Assembly (NCBI GenBank): GCA_030586555.1
Contig: JAURAC010000012.1
Coordinates: 1-32,327 of the forward strand
DNA from: Candidatus Subterrananammoxibius californiae
GTDB lineage: Bacteria; Planctomycetota; Brocadiia; Brocadiales; Subterrananammoxibiaceae
DNA length: 32,327 nt
Direction: 5' to 3'
The translations under genes and the position numbers were made by a program. Positions 1 to 9,116 of this stretch are shown here, piece after piece (position 1 is the first letter of the stretch; each line of letters begins with the position of its first letter). The notes beneath the pieces are model-generated. The model had not been told where the DNA came from. It ran no database searches and saw nothing but the letters and a program-made list of their open reading frames with translations.

Positions 1-1245
1 TATATAATCTCCTGGAATACCACGTGGCGCTGTAATCTCCGCTGTGCCCATTGCTATCTCGATGCTGATAGTGGCGAGCAATCGATAGGCGAACTTACTA
101 CAAAAGAGGGATTTAGACTTATTGATGAGATTGCCTGTGTAAATTCAGAAACAATGCTAATCCTGACAGGTGGAGAACCACTTCTTAGAAGCGATATCTT
201 TGAACTATCAGCACATGCTTCCAGCAAGGGGATGATGGTTGTCCTTGGCACAAATGGCAATCTCGTTAATGAGGATGTTGTGCAGAAGCTTAAAAAGTGC
301 GGAGTCTCCGGTGTAGGCATTAGTCTTGATTCTATAAATCCGGATATTCACGACTCTTTTCGTGGAGTAAGAGGAGCATGGAATGAAACAATTAAGGGAA
401 TAGAGGCGTGCAAAAAATATGGTTTAGACTTCCAGATACAAACGACTGTGACAAGAAGCAATTATACCGAAATTCCACAAATTATTGAATATGCAAAATC
501 ACTTGGTGCAAGGGTATTTAACCTGTTTTTTCTGGTTTGTACAGGCAGGGGACAGAACATTACTGATATTACAGAAAACCAATATGAAGAAACACTTCTT
601 TATCTTACAAAAATTCAGCACGGATTAGCATCAAACCCTTTCGACAGGATGATAATAAGGGCAAGGTGCGCACCTATCTACAGAAGAATCCTTTATCAAA
701 ACAATCCAGAAACCCCCTTACTAAAAACCGATGCAAGTAGCTGCTTAGCTGGTACCCATTATTGTAGAATTACCCCCCAAGGCGATGTCACGCCGTGTCC
801 TTACATGCCGGTAAGCATAGGAAATGTTAAAAAATGCAGTTTTGTAGATATTTGGGAGAAATCAGAACATTTTAAAATGTTCAGAAATCCTTTACTAAAG
901 GGGAAATGCGGTATTTGTGAATTCCGTCTTATATGCGGAGGATGCAGGGCAAGGGCATACGCCTCTTCTGGTGATTATATGGATGAAGACGACTGGTGCC
1001 TCTATGAGCCGAGTGTAGGGGCAGGCCTTGTGCCTGCCCTATCTTACAGCCAACCGCAGGAAGGGCAACCACAAGGGTTGCCCCTACTGTGGACAAAAGA
1101 AGCCGAAGAAAGGATAAAGAAAATCCCATTCTTCATTCGCAGTAAGATAAAAAATGCAATCGAACAATATGCCAGGAAAATAAACTGCCAGTTAATCACA
1201 CCCAACGTTTTAGAAGAAATCAAAGAAAAAATCCTCCGTAGATAA
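1..1245 (+). CDS. Radical SAM/SPASM protein, AhbD/NirJ-like (alternative heme biosynthesis), with C-terminal PCP_red-like domain; 5' end truncated by window
   Basis: Frame +1 is open from base 1: YIISWNTTWRCNLRCAHCYL (CxxxCxxC), LTGGEPL, SPASM cysteines CLAG...PCPY...GKCGICEFRLICGGCRARAY. The C-terminus WTKEAEERIKKIPFFIRSKIK resembles the PCP_red domain. Confidence 0.85.
   Translation, partial: YIISWNTTWRCNLRCAHCYLDADSGEQSIGELTTKEGFRLIDEIACVNSETMLILTGGEPLLRSDIFELSAHASSKGMMVVLGTNGNLVNEDVVQKLKKCGVSGVGISLDSINPDIHDSFRGVRGAWNETIKGIEACKKYGLDFQIQTTVTRSNYTEIPQIIEYAKSLGARVFNLFFLVCTGRGQNITDITENQYEETLLYLTKIQHGLASNPFDRMIIRARCAPIYRRILYQNNPETPLLKTDASSCLAGTHYCRITPQGDVTPCPYMPVSIGNVKKCSFVDIWEKSEHFKMFRNPLLKGKCGICEFRLICGGCRARAYASSGDYMDEDDWCLYEPSVGAGLVPALSYSQPQEGQPQGLPLLWTKEAEERIKKIPFFIRSKIKNAIEQYARKINCQLITPNVLEEIKEKILRR
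1015..1087 (+). repeat. GTAG-type REP doublet (REPIN-like), in-frame in the radical SAM gene
   Basis: GTAGGGGCAGGCCTTGTGCCTGCCCT...AGGGCAACCACAAGGGTTGCCCCTAC; translated as VGAGLVPALSYSQPQEGQPQGLPL in the interdomain linker. Confidence 0.85.
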
Positions 1246-1255
1246 CCTTTTTTCG

Positions 1256-1284
1256 TTGATTTTTAGATAATGTGCTGGTATTAT
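1256..1284 (+). promoter_or_regulatory. Putative sigma70 promoter of nfnAB
   Basis: TTGATT-17 bp-TATTAT upstream of ATG 1333. Confidence 0.45.
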
Positions 1285-1332
1285 AAATTTGTTAAGATGT
1301 AAATTAGCAATGTTTTTTAAAAGAAAAAGTTA

Positions 1333-3648
1333 ATGTATAAAATTGTTGAAAAACAGAAGATAGCTGAAGCCATTTATAAGATGAAAATTATCGCACCTCA
1401 GATTGCCAAAAAGCGAAAAGCAGGACAATTTGTGGTGCTGAGAATCGTTGAGGAGGGAGAAAGGATACCGCTTACTATTGCAGATTCTGACCCTGTTGTG
1501 GGGACAATTACGATAGTTTTCCAGGTTGTAGGCGACACAACTAAACTACTATCTACATTTAATGTGGGCGATTCAATCCTCGATGTTGTAGGTCCATTAG
1601 GACACCCTACCCATATTGAAAACTTTGGTACCGCTGTTTGTATCGGCGGTGGTCTTGGCATAGCCCTTGTCCAACCAATAGCAGAGGCTTTACATGATGC
1701 GGGCAACCAAGTCATTTCTATTATAAGCGCAAGAAACAAGGATTTGCTCATTCTTGAAGATGAAATGAGAGGTTTAAGCAGTGAATTGAAGATTGCTACG
1801 GATGATGGTTCTAAAGGACATCACGGCTTCCCCACGCAAATTCTTCAGGATATGATTAACAAAGAAGACAAAATAGATATAGTATTTGCCGTTGGACCTG
1901 TTCCATTAATGGCCGCTGTCAGCAAGGTTACAGAGCCTTATGGCATTAAGACCGTAGTAAGCCTCAATCCAATCATGGTGGATGGAACGGGGATGTGCGG
2001 CGGCTGTCGTGTTACAATTGGTGGAGAAAGTAAGTTTGCATGTGTTGATGGTCCTGAATTTGACGGACATAAGGTTGATTATTCCACATTAATGAAGCGT
2101 CTTAAAACATATTCTTTCAACGGAAAAGACCCGACAGTCCAATTTGTCCCTCCTGAAAGAAGTTGCTGGCAACCACCTGAAGAATCCGTTTTAAGCGGAA
2201 CGGGGAAAGCAAAAGGCGTCCCACGCCAGAAAATGCCCGCGCAGGACCCAAAGGTAAGGGTAAAGAATTTCGCTGAAGTTCCATTTGGTTACACCCCGGA
2301 ACTTGCACAAAAGGAAGCAAGCCGATGTTTGCAGTGCAAAAAGCCTTTATGCGTTGCGGGATGCCCCGTAGGAATAGATATTCCAGCCTTCATCAAGCTT
2401 ATCTCTGAAGGAGATTTTGTAGGTAGCGCGCGAAAAATAAAGGAATCAAATAGCTTACCTGCTGTCTGTGGCCGTGTTTGCCCGCAGGAAGACCAGTGTG
2501 AAAAAGTATGTGTTGTGGCTAAGAAATTTAAATCAGTGGCTATTGGGAATCTCGAAGGCTTTGCTGCTGATTGGGAACGAGAACATGGTGATACAGTCAT
2601 ACCTGATATACCCCCTCCTACTGGTTACAAGATTGCAATAGTAGGTTCCGGTCCTGCTGGGCTTAGCGCTGCTGGAGAATTGGCTAAGAAAGGGCATGAT
2701 GTTACAATCTTCGAAGCGCTACACAAGGCTGGCGGTGTGCTTGTTTATGGAATACCCGAATTCAGGTTGCCAAAGGCGATTGTCGAATCTGAAGTAAATT
2801 ACTTAAGAAAGCTTGGAGTAAAGATTGAACTCAATTCCGTAATCGGCAAGCTCGAAACGGTAGATGAACTTCTCGAAAGGGGTTTTGACGCCGTCTTTAT
2901 AGGGACAGGTGCTGGACTTCCTCTCTTTATGGGCATACCTGGCGAGAATCTAAATGGCGTTTATTCAGCCAACGAGTATCTAACAAGAACAAACTTGATG
3001 AAGGCGTACGACCCTAAATATGCAACGCCTATTGCCATGAAGAAAAAAGTGGCAGTTATTGGCGGTGGCAATGTTGCAATGGATGCTGCCCGTACGGCAT
3101 TACGCTTGGGTGCTGAGGATGTCTATGTTATATACAGGCGTTCAAGGGCAGAGATGCCAGCCAGGATTGATGAAATTCATCATGGGGAGGAAGAAGGTTT
3201 GCAATTTAAGCTTCTTATGAACCCTGTAAGAATTATCGGGGACGAAAATGGCTGGGTCAAGGGTATTGAGTGTGTAAGGATGGAACTGGGTGAGCCTGAT
3301 GAGTCGGGTAGAAGGCGTCCTTTACCTATAAAGGGTTCAGAAACCATCTTAGATGTCGAAACTGTCGTAGTGGCAATTGGAAACGGCCCTCATCCACTTG
3401 TACCTGCCACAACACCCGGTCTTGAGGTTAATAAAAGGGGTAATATAGTAGCTGACGAAGCAACTGGGAAAACGAGCAAAGAAGGTGTTTTTGCAGGTGG
3501 AGATATTGTGACTGGAGCTGCAACCGTAATCCTTGCAATGGGAGCAGGGAAAAAGGCTGCTGTAGCAATTGACCAGTATTTAAGAAGTCGAAAGGGTTCG
3601 TTAGAGGCAAGCCCCGAGAACATGTCTTTAACCCCTTCAAATGTTTAA
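1333..3648 (+). CDS. Fused NfnA-NfnB (SudB-SudA-like) electron-bifurcating NADH-dependent ferredoxin:NADP+ oxidoreductase
   Basis: N-half: GERIPLTIAD, GPLG, GGGLG, MVDGTGMCGGCRV, CVDGPEF (NfnA). C-half: RCLQC...C..GCP, CGRVCPQEDQCE, GSGPAG, GGGNVAMD, GGDIVTGAATVILAMGAG (NfnB/GltD-like). Confidence 0.9.
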   Translation: MYKIVEKQKIAEAIYKMKIIAPQIAKKRKAGQFVVLRIVEEGERIPLTIADSDPVVGTITIVFQVVGDTTKLLSTFNVGDSILDVVGPLGHPTHIENFGTAVCIGGGLGIALVQPIAEALHDAGNQVISIISARNKDLLILEDEMRGLSSELKIATDDGSKGHHGFPTQILQDMINKEDKIDIVFAVGPVPLMAAVSKVTEPYGIKTVVSLNPIMVDGTGMCGGCRVTIGGESKFACVDGPEFDGHKVDYSTLMKRLKTYSFNGKDPTVQFVPPERSCWQPPEESVLSGTGKAKGVPRQKMPAQDPKVRVKNFAEVPFGYTPELAQKEASRCLQCKKPLCVAGCPVGIDIPAFIKLISEGDFVGSARKIKESNSLPAVCGRVCPQEDQCEKVCVVAKKFKSVAIGNLEGFAADWEREHGDTVIPDIPPPTGYKIAIVGSGPAGLSAAGELAKKGHDVTIFEALHKAGGVLVYGIPEFRLPKAIVESEVNYLRKLGVKIELNSVIGKLETVDELLERGFDAVFIGTGAGLPLFMGIPGENLNGVYSANEYLTRTNLMKAYDPKYATPIAMKKKVAVIGGGNVAMDAARTALRLGAEDVYVIYRRSRAEMPARIDEIHHGEEEGLQFKLLMNPVRIIGDENGWVKGIECVRMELGEPDESGRRRPLPIKGSETILDVETVVVAIGNGPHPLVPATTPGLEVNKRGNIVADEATGKTSKEGVFAGGDIVTGAATVILAMGAGKKAAVAIDQYLRSRKGSLEASPENMSLTPSNV

Positions 3649-3720
3649 TAGATGTTAGGCCTATTATCTTTATTTCCTTCAGGTAAAAAAGGGTATTGGT
3701 ATTTTTAGGAGAACTTACAA

Positions 3721-4545
3721 ATGAAGAAAATCCTTAGGGGAGCTTTAGTAATGTCCATTTTTCCACTCTTCGCCGCTTTCTTTCCAATTGTAGCCTCCGT
3801 ACAGAGCTACGCAGTGGAGAAAACCGATGCAGATATAATCTCTATTAAGAAAGAGCTCGAAGAGGAAAAAGAGTCATTAGTGGAACTTAGTGACGAGCTT
3901 GAGTATATAGTAGAACAAGAAACAGAATCCCAAGAGAGGATAAATTTCTTAAAGACAACAATAAAAGACCTGCAGGATAAATCACAAAAAGGAGATGAGT
4001 TTGGGAAAGACAAGCAAGAGGAGTTGAATTCTGCAAAGGAAGAATTGGACGCTGAAATGTTGGCGCTGGAAGAAATAAAGGATGAAATAGATGCTTTAAA
4101 AGAACTGAAGAAGGAAACAGAAGACCGTATCGCCGAGCTAACTGTTCAGACTCAAAAAACCGAGTCAGCCACAACTCCACGCCCGCAAAGCGAGCATCCG
4201 AAGGAGCCCCCACAACAAACACCCGTCAGCACTTCCAAGTTATCTACTACTTCTGCAGAAGAACCAAAACCAACGAAAGAAGCGCTTCAGGAACAACTTC
4301 GTTCGGCTCAGGAAGTCCTCGAATCAGAAATTGCATCGCTGGAAGATATTGAAGACCAAATCCAGGTATTACAAGATGAGATAGAAGAAATGGAAGAGCA
4401 AAGGGGAGATACTGAAGCTTCAATACATGAGTTATTGGCAAAAATAAAAGGGCTTGAGGCTGGGTTAGCTTCTGTCGAAACCAAAGAAAAAGACCAACCC
4501 GCCCCTTCCGTAGCGGAAGAAAAACATCAAGAGTCATCAAAATAG
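3721..4545 (+). CDS. Secreted acidic coiled-coil protein of unknown function
   Basis: AGGAG SD; Sec signal peptide (MKK...SYA); Glu-rich heptad helices separated by a Pro/Thr-rich linker. Confidence 0.75.
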   Translation: MKKILRGALVMSIFPLFAAFFPIVASVQSYAVEKTDADIISIKKELEEEKESLVELSDELEYIVEQETESQERINFLKTTIKDLQDKSQKGDEFGKDKQEELNSAKEELDAEMLALEEIKDEIDALKELKKETEDRIAELTVQTQKTESATTPRPQSEHPKEPPQQTPVSTSKLSTTSAEEPKPTKEALQEQLRSAQEVLESEIASLEDIEDQIQVLQDEIEEMEEQRGDTEASIHELLAKIKGLEAGLASVETKEKDQPAPSVAEEKHQESSK

Positions 4546-4646
4546 TTTACAGTCCTGTACCCTGTAAGATGAAAGGTAAGCTCACCTTTTTGAAAAGAGT
4601 AAGGGATTTGCCTTTTCACTGGCTATTCTTTTAACTCTATTGTAGC

Positions 4647-5147
4647 TTAAGGCAGTTTTAGAAAACTCTTTATCTCTTGAGTTCCAATATCTTTTACTAC
4701 ATGAAGCGTTCCACTCTCTAATTCGTGTTTCAATTTACTGACAAATTCATCGTCTATAGATACCTCGTCAATACCACTGGTACCAAAGCTAACCCACATG
4801 AGTTCTAATCCGACACGATATTTCTCACCGCTTTTTTGACACCATCGCACCTTTCCGAAGCCCACAGCGGATTGAGGAGAACCTCCCCCGGGTATAATCA
4901 GTTCTATTATTAGTATAGATGAAATGTTCACCTTTTCCTCGACAAGTATGCTTACACCCCTGGAGCATATATCAAACGTCATGGCATATTCTTTTCCAAT
5001 GCGGAAGTTCTTGCTTTCAATTTGCTTGTACTTTAATTGGTATTGAACTTCAAATCTTGGGTGCTTCCTCTTGTCTGATTCCGTACCTTCGGCTGGCTTG
5101 CGTTCGCCATAGGCAGACAACCGCGATTCTCTTTGTTCGTTTCTCAC
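4647..5147 (-). CDS. PilZ-domain (c-di-GMP receptor-like) protein
   Basis: RKHPR (RxxxR) and DICSRG (DxSxxG with S->C), GKVRWC. GTG start at 5147 chosen because of the AAGGAG SD 7 nt upstream. Confidence 0.8.
   Translation of the reverse strand: MRNEQRESRLSAYGERKPAEGTESDKRKHPRFEVQYQLKYKQIESKNFRIGKEYAMTFDICSRGVSILVEEKVNISSILIIELIIPGGGSPQSAVGFGKVRWCQKSGEKYRVGLELMWVSFGTSGIDEVSIDDEFVSKLKHELESGTLHVVKDIGTQEIKSFLKLP
5102..5118. repeat. Mini-palindrome of the TCCGCCTnAGGCGGA family, in-frame in the PilZ N-terminus
   Basis: GTTCGCCATAGGCAGAC, read as LSAYGE. Confidence 0.5.
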
Positions 5148-5184
5148 GTGACTTCTCCTTTTTAAAGGATGCAAATTGATAATA

Positions 5185-5199
5185 TCCACCTTAGGTGGA
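5185..5199. repeat. Mini-palindrome TCCACCTTAGGTGGA
   Basis: Hairpin matching the family also seen at 18946, 28632 and 31188. Confidence 0.6.
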
Positions 5200-5219
5200 C
5201 GAACAGAATGAGGACTCAA

Positions 5220-6626
5220 CTACTCTTCCTCTTCCTGTTCCTGGCTCATTAACCTTAATGCGTATTTTATTGGCAAAGCAAAGTTGGAACCTTTGAAACC
5301 TGTAAATATCCCATAGTTTATACCGATTACCTTTCCGGTCCTGTTGAAAAGAGGACCTCCACTACCCCCAAGTGTTGTTTGTGCATCGAAAATAATCTTA
5401 TCCAGTAAAGCATCGGTTACGTGACCCTGAGTAGCGTAAGGTCTTATCATCCCACGGTTGGAAAGCACCTCAGCCAGGTTCAAGAAAGGCAATTCTTTGA
5501 GCATTTCTATGCCATCCGGGGCGGTTTGGCTAAGCTTGGCAAGGATTGCGCTCAATCCGGCAGGATAACCTAACAATACGATTGGTTCACCTACAATAGC
5601 ATCTCTGCCTGTTGTGTCTAATTCAAGGGCAGGGATGTTATAGCTATCCATCTCAATGCTGAGCAGTGCAACATCAGCCTCTACCGATAACTTCTCGACC
5701 TTGAGAGGGAAAGGTTTTTCTATGCCTGGAAAGAATGCCCTTAATACCTCGAACTTGGGAGCAAGCTTGAACTCAGAAGGCGGATAAAAAGTTTGCTTCC
5801 CCCACCAGGGTTCCGCAACATGGCGGTTAGTCACAAGTATCCCATCTTTGCTAATCAAAAAACCAGTTCCTGTATACTCGTGGACTACAGGTTTTGCGCT
5901 AAAGCCTCCTCCTTCTTCTTCTTCCTCAAACGTCAGGGGTTCTCCTGAAGTTTCCTCAATAAAGTAATAAGAGCCTTGAATCAAGCAGACTCCTGGACTG
6001 TATTCTTTTATCAGATTTTCAACAAAGAGGCGTTCTTTTTCGATAGCAACATGTTCTTTTTCGAGTATCTGGATTCTTTCAGCCGTCTGCTGAAATCTTT
6101 GTAACGAAAAGTAAGGAATGGCTACGATTCCACAAATAAATAAGATTAAGATAGAAACAATGGTAATTCTCAATGACATTGATGACTGCGTAATTGCTTC
6201 CCATGCCAGCTCTTTAAGAAACGTTGCGGCAGTTGCTAATCTCCCAGTAGGTTGTTCTTTAGTACGGTCTATAGCATCCTTCAGCATCTCAACGACGGGT
6301 TTACACACATCCGCTTCGTCAGTCCTTACACGGAAGCGTATCTTAGGTCCCTTTTCGCCAAATTCAATCAGATCCCCGTCAAGTAAGAGCGCCTCTTTAA
6401 CTAATTCCTTGTTTATGAACGTCCCCTTCTGGCTGCCTTTATCCCTCAGTATGAAGTTACAATCCTTAAATTCTATCTCTGCATGGAGTGGGGAAGTAAA
6501 CCTGTCTTTGTCCGGGTCAAAACGAAGGTCGCACAGAGAATCGGTCCCTATTACAATCTTCTCATTGTCAAAGACTTCTGTCTTGCCCCGTTTACTTCCA
6601 GATAAATGTACAAATATTGTCTTCAT
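5220..6626 (-). CDS. Membrane-anchored FHA-domain + trypsin-like (S1C) serine protease
   Basis: N-terminal FHA fold (IVIGT..CDL, SPLHA, LRDKGS.KGTFIN, GDLIEFG); one TM helix; catalytic triad TNRHVA / ADVALL / GGSGGP; no PDZ domain. Confidence 0.85.
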   Translation of the reverse strand: MKTIFVHLSGSKRGKTEVFDNEKIVIGTDSLCDLRFDPDKDRFTSPLHAEIEFKDCNFILRDKGSQKGTFINKELVKEALLLDGDLIEFGEKGPKIRFRVRTDEADVCKPVVEMLKDAIDRTKEQPTGRLATAATFLKELAWEAITQSSMSLRITIVSILILFICGIVAIPYFSLQRFQQTAERIQILEKEHVAIEKERLFVENLIKEYSPGVCLIQGSYYFIEETSGEPLTFEEEEEGGGFSAKPVVHEYTGTGFLISKDGILVTNRHVAEPWWGKQTFYPPSEFKLAPKFEVLRAFFPGIEKPFPLKVEKLSVEADVALLSIEMDSYNIPALELDTTGRDAIVGEPIVLLGYPAGLSAILAKLSQTAPDGIEMLKELPFLNLAEVLSNRGMIRPYATQGHVTDALLDKIIFDAQTTLGGSGGPLFNRTGKVIGINYGIFTGFKGSNFALPIKYALRLMSQEQEEEE

Positions 6627-6642
6627 AGCTTCACCAAATTAA

Positions 6643-6714
6643 GCGTTGGGCGTTCGGAGTTAGGAGGTATTATCTTTTAACTCTCAACTCCGAACTCCGA
6701 ACTTTGAACTCTCA
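6643..6714. repeat. Heptamer tandem fold-back array (GAGTT../..AACTC)
   Basis: gcgttgg gcgttcg gagttag ... ttaactc tcaactc cgaactc cgaactt tgaactc. Confidence 0.75.
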
Positions 6715-7281
6715 AGAGGATTTCTTCTGACAATACTCATTATACACTATCTCGGCGAACTTTTGAAGCTTGCCCATGCCTACCCCCAGACGTGAAAGAA
6801 AATCCTGAAACTCTTCCATGTCCCTGAAATTCTCGGAAATGTATTGAGCTATAAATGTTTGTGCAGAGATAAGATTTATTTCCACCCCCTCGTCATAAGG
6901 ACTTTCCTTTATCTTATAAGCCACAAAATCAGTAATCGTTCTCAGGGTAATATCCTTACCGCGTGATATCCTATCCCTGATAGCTTCAAACCTGATTTCT
7001 TTCTTGTGAGAATAATCCCAATACACCAAATCAGCAAATGACCTTAGCCCTTCCAATCCCGAACCCTGCACGTTCAACCTTTCTTGGAACTCATTAAACT
7101 CTCTGAAATTTGCAGTTATGTACTCTGCCACAATAGATTCTGCCAGGAGGTAATTGGATGCGGGGTCTTTGTTTTCGGGGCTTTCGTAAATTTTGTATGC
7201 TACGATATCCGTTATTGTCTTTAAAGACAGGTCTTCGCCGCTTGTAATCCTGTTTTTAACAGTTATGATGTCTAATTCCAT
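6712..7281 (-). CDS. Hypothetical protein made of two ~85-aa tandem repeats
   Basis: KNRITSGEDLSLKTITDIVAYKIYESP...FADLVY vs RDRISRGKDITLRTITDFVAYKIKESP...FAEIVY. ATG 7281 has an AAGGA SD; the ORF extends to 7323. Confidence 0.8.
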   Translation of the reverse strand: MELDIITVKNRITSGEDLSLKTITDIVAYKIYESPENKDPASNYLLAESIVAEYITANFREFNEFQERLNVQGSGLEGLRSFADLVYWDYSHKKEIRFEAIRDRISRGKDITLRTITDFVAYKIKESPYDEGVEINLISAQTFIAQYISENFRDMEEFQDFLSRLGVGMGKLQKFAEIVYNEYCQKKSS

Positions 7282-7438
7282 ACTGAAAATTTCCTTCCCT
7301 ATTTCCCATTGCCCATCGCCCAACTGGCGGTTAATATATTATGAAATTTGTGATGACAGTGCAAGAAAATTTATAGGTCGAAAAGGCGGCATGAAAAGAC
7401 CGTTAAAAGCAAGGTTCGTAGAACGTGCTTTTAATGCC

Positions 7439-8308
7439 TTATTTTTTAAAATGTCTCTTTACGATACAAAAAATTGAACTCGCAAAGAGAACAAGGCATA
7501 ATAAGGCAACGTCCGTTGCGCCTGTAGGGAGGTCAAACCTATAAGAGAGATAAAAGCCTAAAAAAGCTGAGAGTCCTCCTATAAGTGAGGAAACTATACA
7601 GAATGGCTTCATACCAAATGTTAACATGCGCGCTGCTACAGGTGGAATTACCAAGAAACCAAATATGACTAATGGACCAACTGTCATGACTCCGAGGGAA
7701 ATGGTTAACCCAATTATCAGGTACAGCAAGATATCCCATAAAAGAACATTCTTGCCTATTGTAACTGCCAAGTCAGGGTCAAAAGAAATTAACACAAAAT
7801 CCCTTTGAAACCCTATTAAAACGATTAGAATGGAGAAGTAAACCCCCGTGATGAGCAGTAAGTCTATATTATTAATAGCAATAATATTGCCTCGCAACAT
7901 ACTGAGAATTTCCGACTCTCCTGAGGGGTTCCAGACGACAAATAGAATACTTGCAGCGCCACCCAGGGCATAGGCAACGCCAATCCTCCCCTCTGCCATT
8001 CCTTTGTGGCGGCGCTCAAGAATCGCCAGAACTAGGATGGAAAAGAAGGTGAAAAGAAAAGAACCGAGTAGTGCTGTTCCTCGTTCTTCAACGCTATGTG
8101 GTAAAGGATGTAGTCCAAGGGTGTGTAGAAGAAAGGCAAAGGCAATTCCAGCCGAGGAAATCTGGGGCACCGCTACACCAAGGAAAATGATACGCCTTAA
8201 AACAAAATAAACCCCAACTAGTGGACATATAAACCCCACAATCAGGCTTGCGTAAAAGGAGTTGCGCAAAAGAAACCCCGGGTTTAACATATCAAACATG
8301 GTGTCCAT
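7439..8308 (-). CDS. Metal ABC transporter permease (ZnuB/MntB family)
   Basis: GVYFVLRR, SFDPDLA, VGPLVIFGFLVIPP, DLPTGAT; multiple TM helices; operon context. Confidence 0.9.
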   Translation of the reverse strand: MDTMFDMLNPGFLLRNSFYASLIVGFICPLVGVYFVLRRIIFLGVAVPQISSAGIAFAFLLHTLGLHPLPHSVEERGTALLGSFLFTFFSILVLAILERRHKGMAEGRIGVAYALGGAASILFVVWNPSGESEILSMLRGNIIAINNIDLLLITGVYFSILIVLIGFQRDFVLISFDPDLAVTIGKNVLLWDILLYLIIGLTISLGVMTVGPLVIFGFLVIPPVAARMLTFGMKPFCIVSSLIGGLSAFLGFYLSYRFDLPTGATDVALLCLVLFASSIFCIVKRHFKK

Positions 8309-8345
8309 AATTTTCTACGCTTAACTTTTGAAAAGGTAAGCCTCT

Positions 8346-9059
8346 CTATACACTAAAAATTTGTTCGATTTTAGTTGATGTAAGCATCTCTTTTACCTCG
8401 CCGGAAACGATTTTGCCTTCGTGAATCCAGATAATATGACTTGCAAATTCTCTCATACTACGTAAATGATGACTTACCATTATAATGGTAAGCTTGAGTT
8501 CCTGACGAATCCTGGAAATTGTGTCGAGAATGGCTTTTTCTGTCATTACGTCAACACCAGCCGTAGGCTCATCGAGCAATAAGAAATCAGGACGCGAGGT
8601 CAAAGCACGAGCAATCAGCACCCTTTGTTTCTGTCCCCCTGAAAGCTCCGAGTAAGGTTTTCGTGCCAGGTCCTGAAGTCCGACCTTTTCAAGACAAGAC
8701 ATAGCCCATTCTCTCTCGGAACGTGATATAGGAGAAAAAGCCTTTCCGCTTCCATATGTTCCCATAAGGACAATTTCTTTTATTTTAAGTGGGAAAATGC
8801 TATCTAATGTTTCACGCTGTGGAACATAACCGAACCTTGGTGGAATACCTCCCGGATACACAATCCTTCCTGTCAGGGGTGGGATAATTCGAAGAATCGT
8901 CTTATAGAGGGTAGTTTTACCTGAGCCGTTAGGACCCAAAAGACCAACGAACCCACCACGTTTTATTGAAAGGTTGACATCCTGAAGAATAGGGTCCCGT
9001 TCATATCCAATTGAAACCTTTTCAAATGTAATGATTGCCTCTGATTGTTCCTTTTGCAT
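8346..9059 (-). CDS. Metal ABC transporter ATPase (ZnuC family)
   Basis: GPNGSGKTT, GYVPQ, LSGGQKQR, LLLDEPT, VSHH. Confidence 0.92.
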   Translation of the reverse strand: MQKEQSEAIITFEKVSIGYERDPILQDVNLSIKRGGFVGLLGPNGSGKTTLYKTILRIIPPLTGRIVYPGGIPPRFGYVPQRETLDSIFPLKIKEIVLMGTYGSGKAFSPISRSEREWAMSCLEKVGLQDLARKPYSELSGGQKQRVLIARALTSRPDFLLLDEPTAGVDVMTEKAILDTISRIRQELKLTIIMVSHHLRSMREFASHIIWIHEGKIVSGEVKEMLTSTKIEQIFSV

Positions 9060-9081
9060 AGTAATGTCCTTTTACAACTAT

Positions 9082-9109
9082 GTAGGGGCGAATGTCAGTT
9101 CGCCCCTAC
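9082..9109. repeat. GTAG-type REP
   Basis: GTAGGGGCGAATGTCAGTTCGCCCCTAC between the znuA-like and znuC-like genes. Confidence 0.85.
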
Positions 9110-9116
9110 CATTCTT

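Noticed and set aside
1289..1310. Rex operator upstream of nfnAB (TTGTTAA-N8-TTAGCAA)
   Set aside because: Spacing does not fit TTGTGAA-N4-TTCACAA, and the context is AT-rich.
634..3598. Shared 12-mer GTCGAAAGGGTT (634-645 reverse, 3587-3598) as another coding mini-element
   Set aside because: 12-nt matches are expected by chance in 32 kb; flanks diverge.
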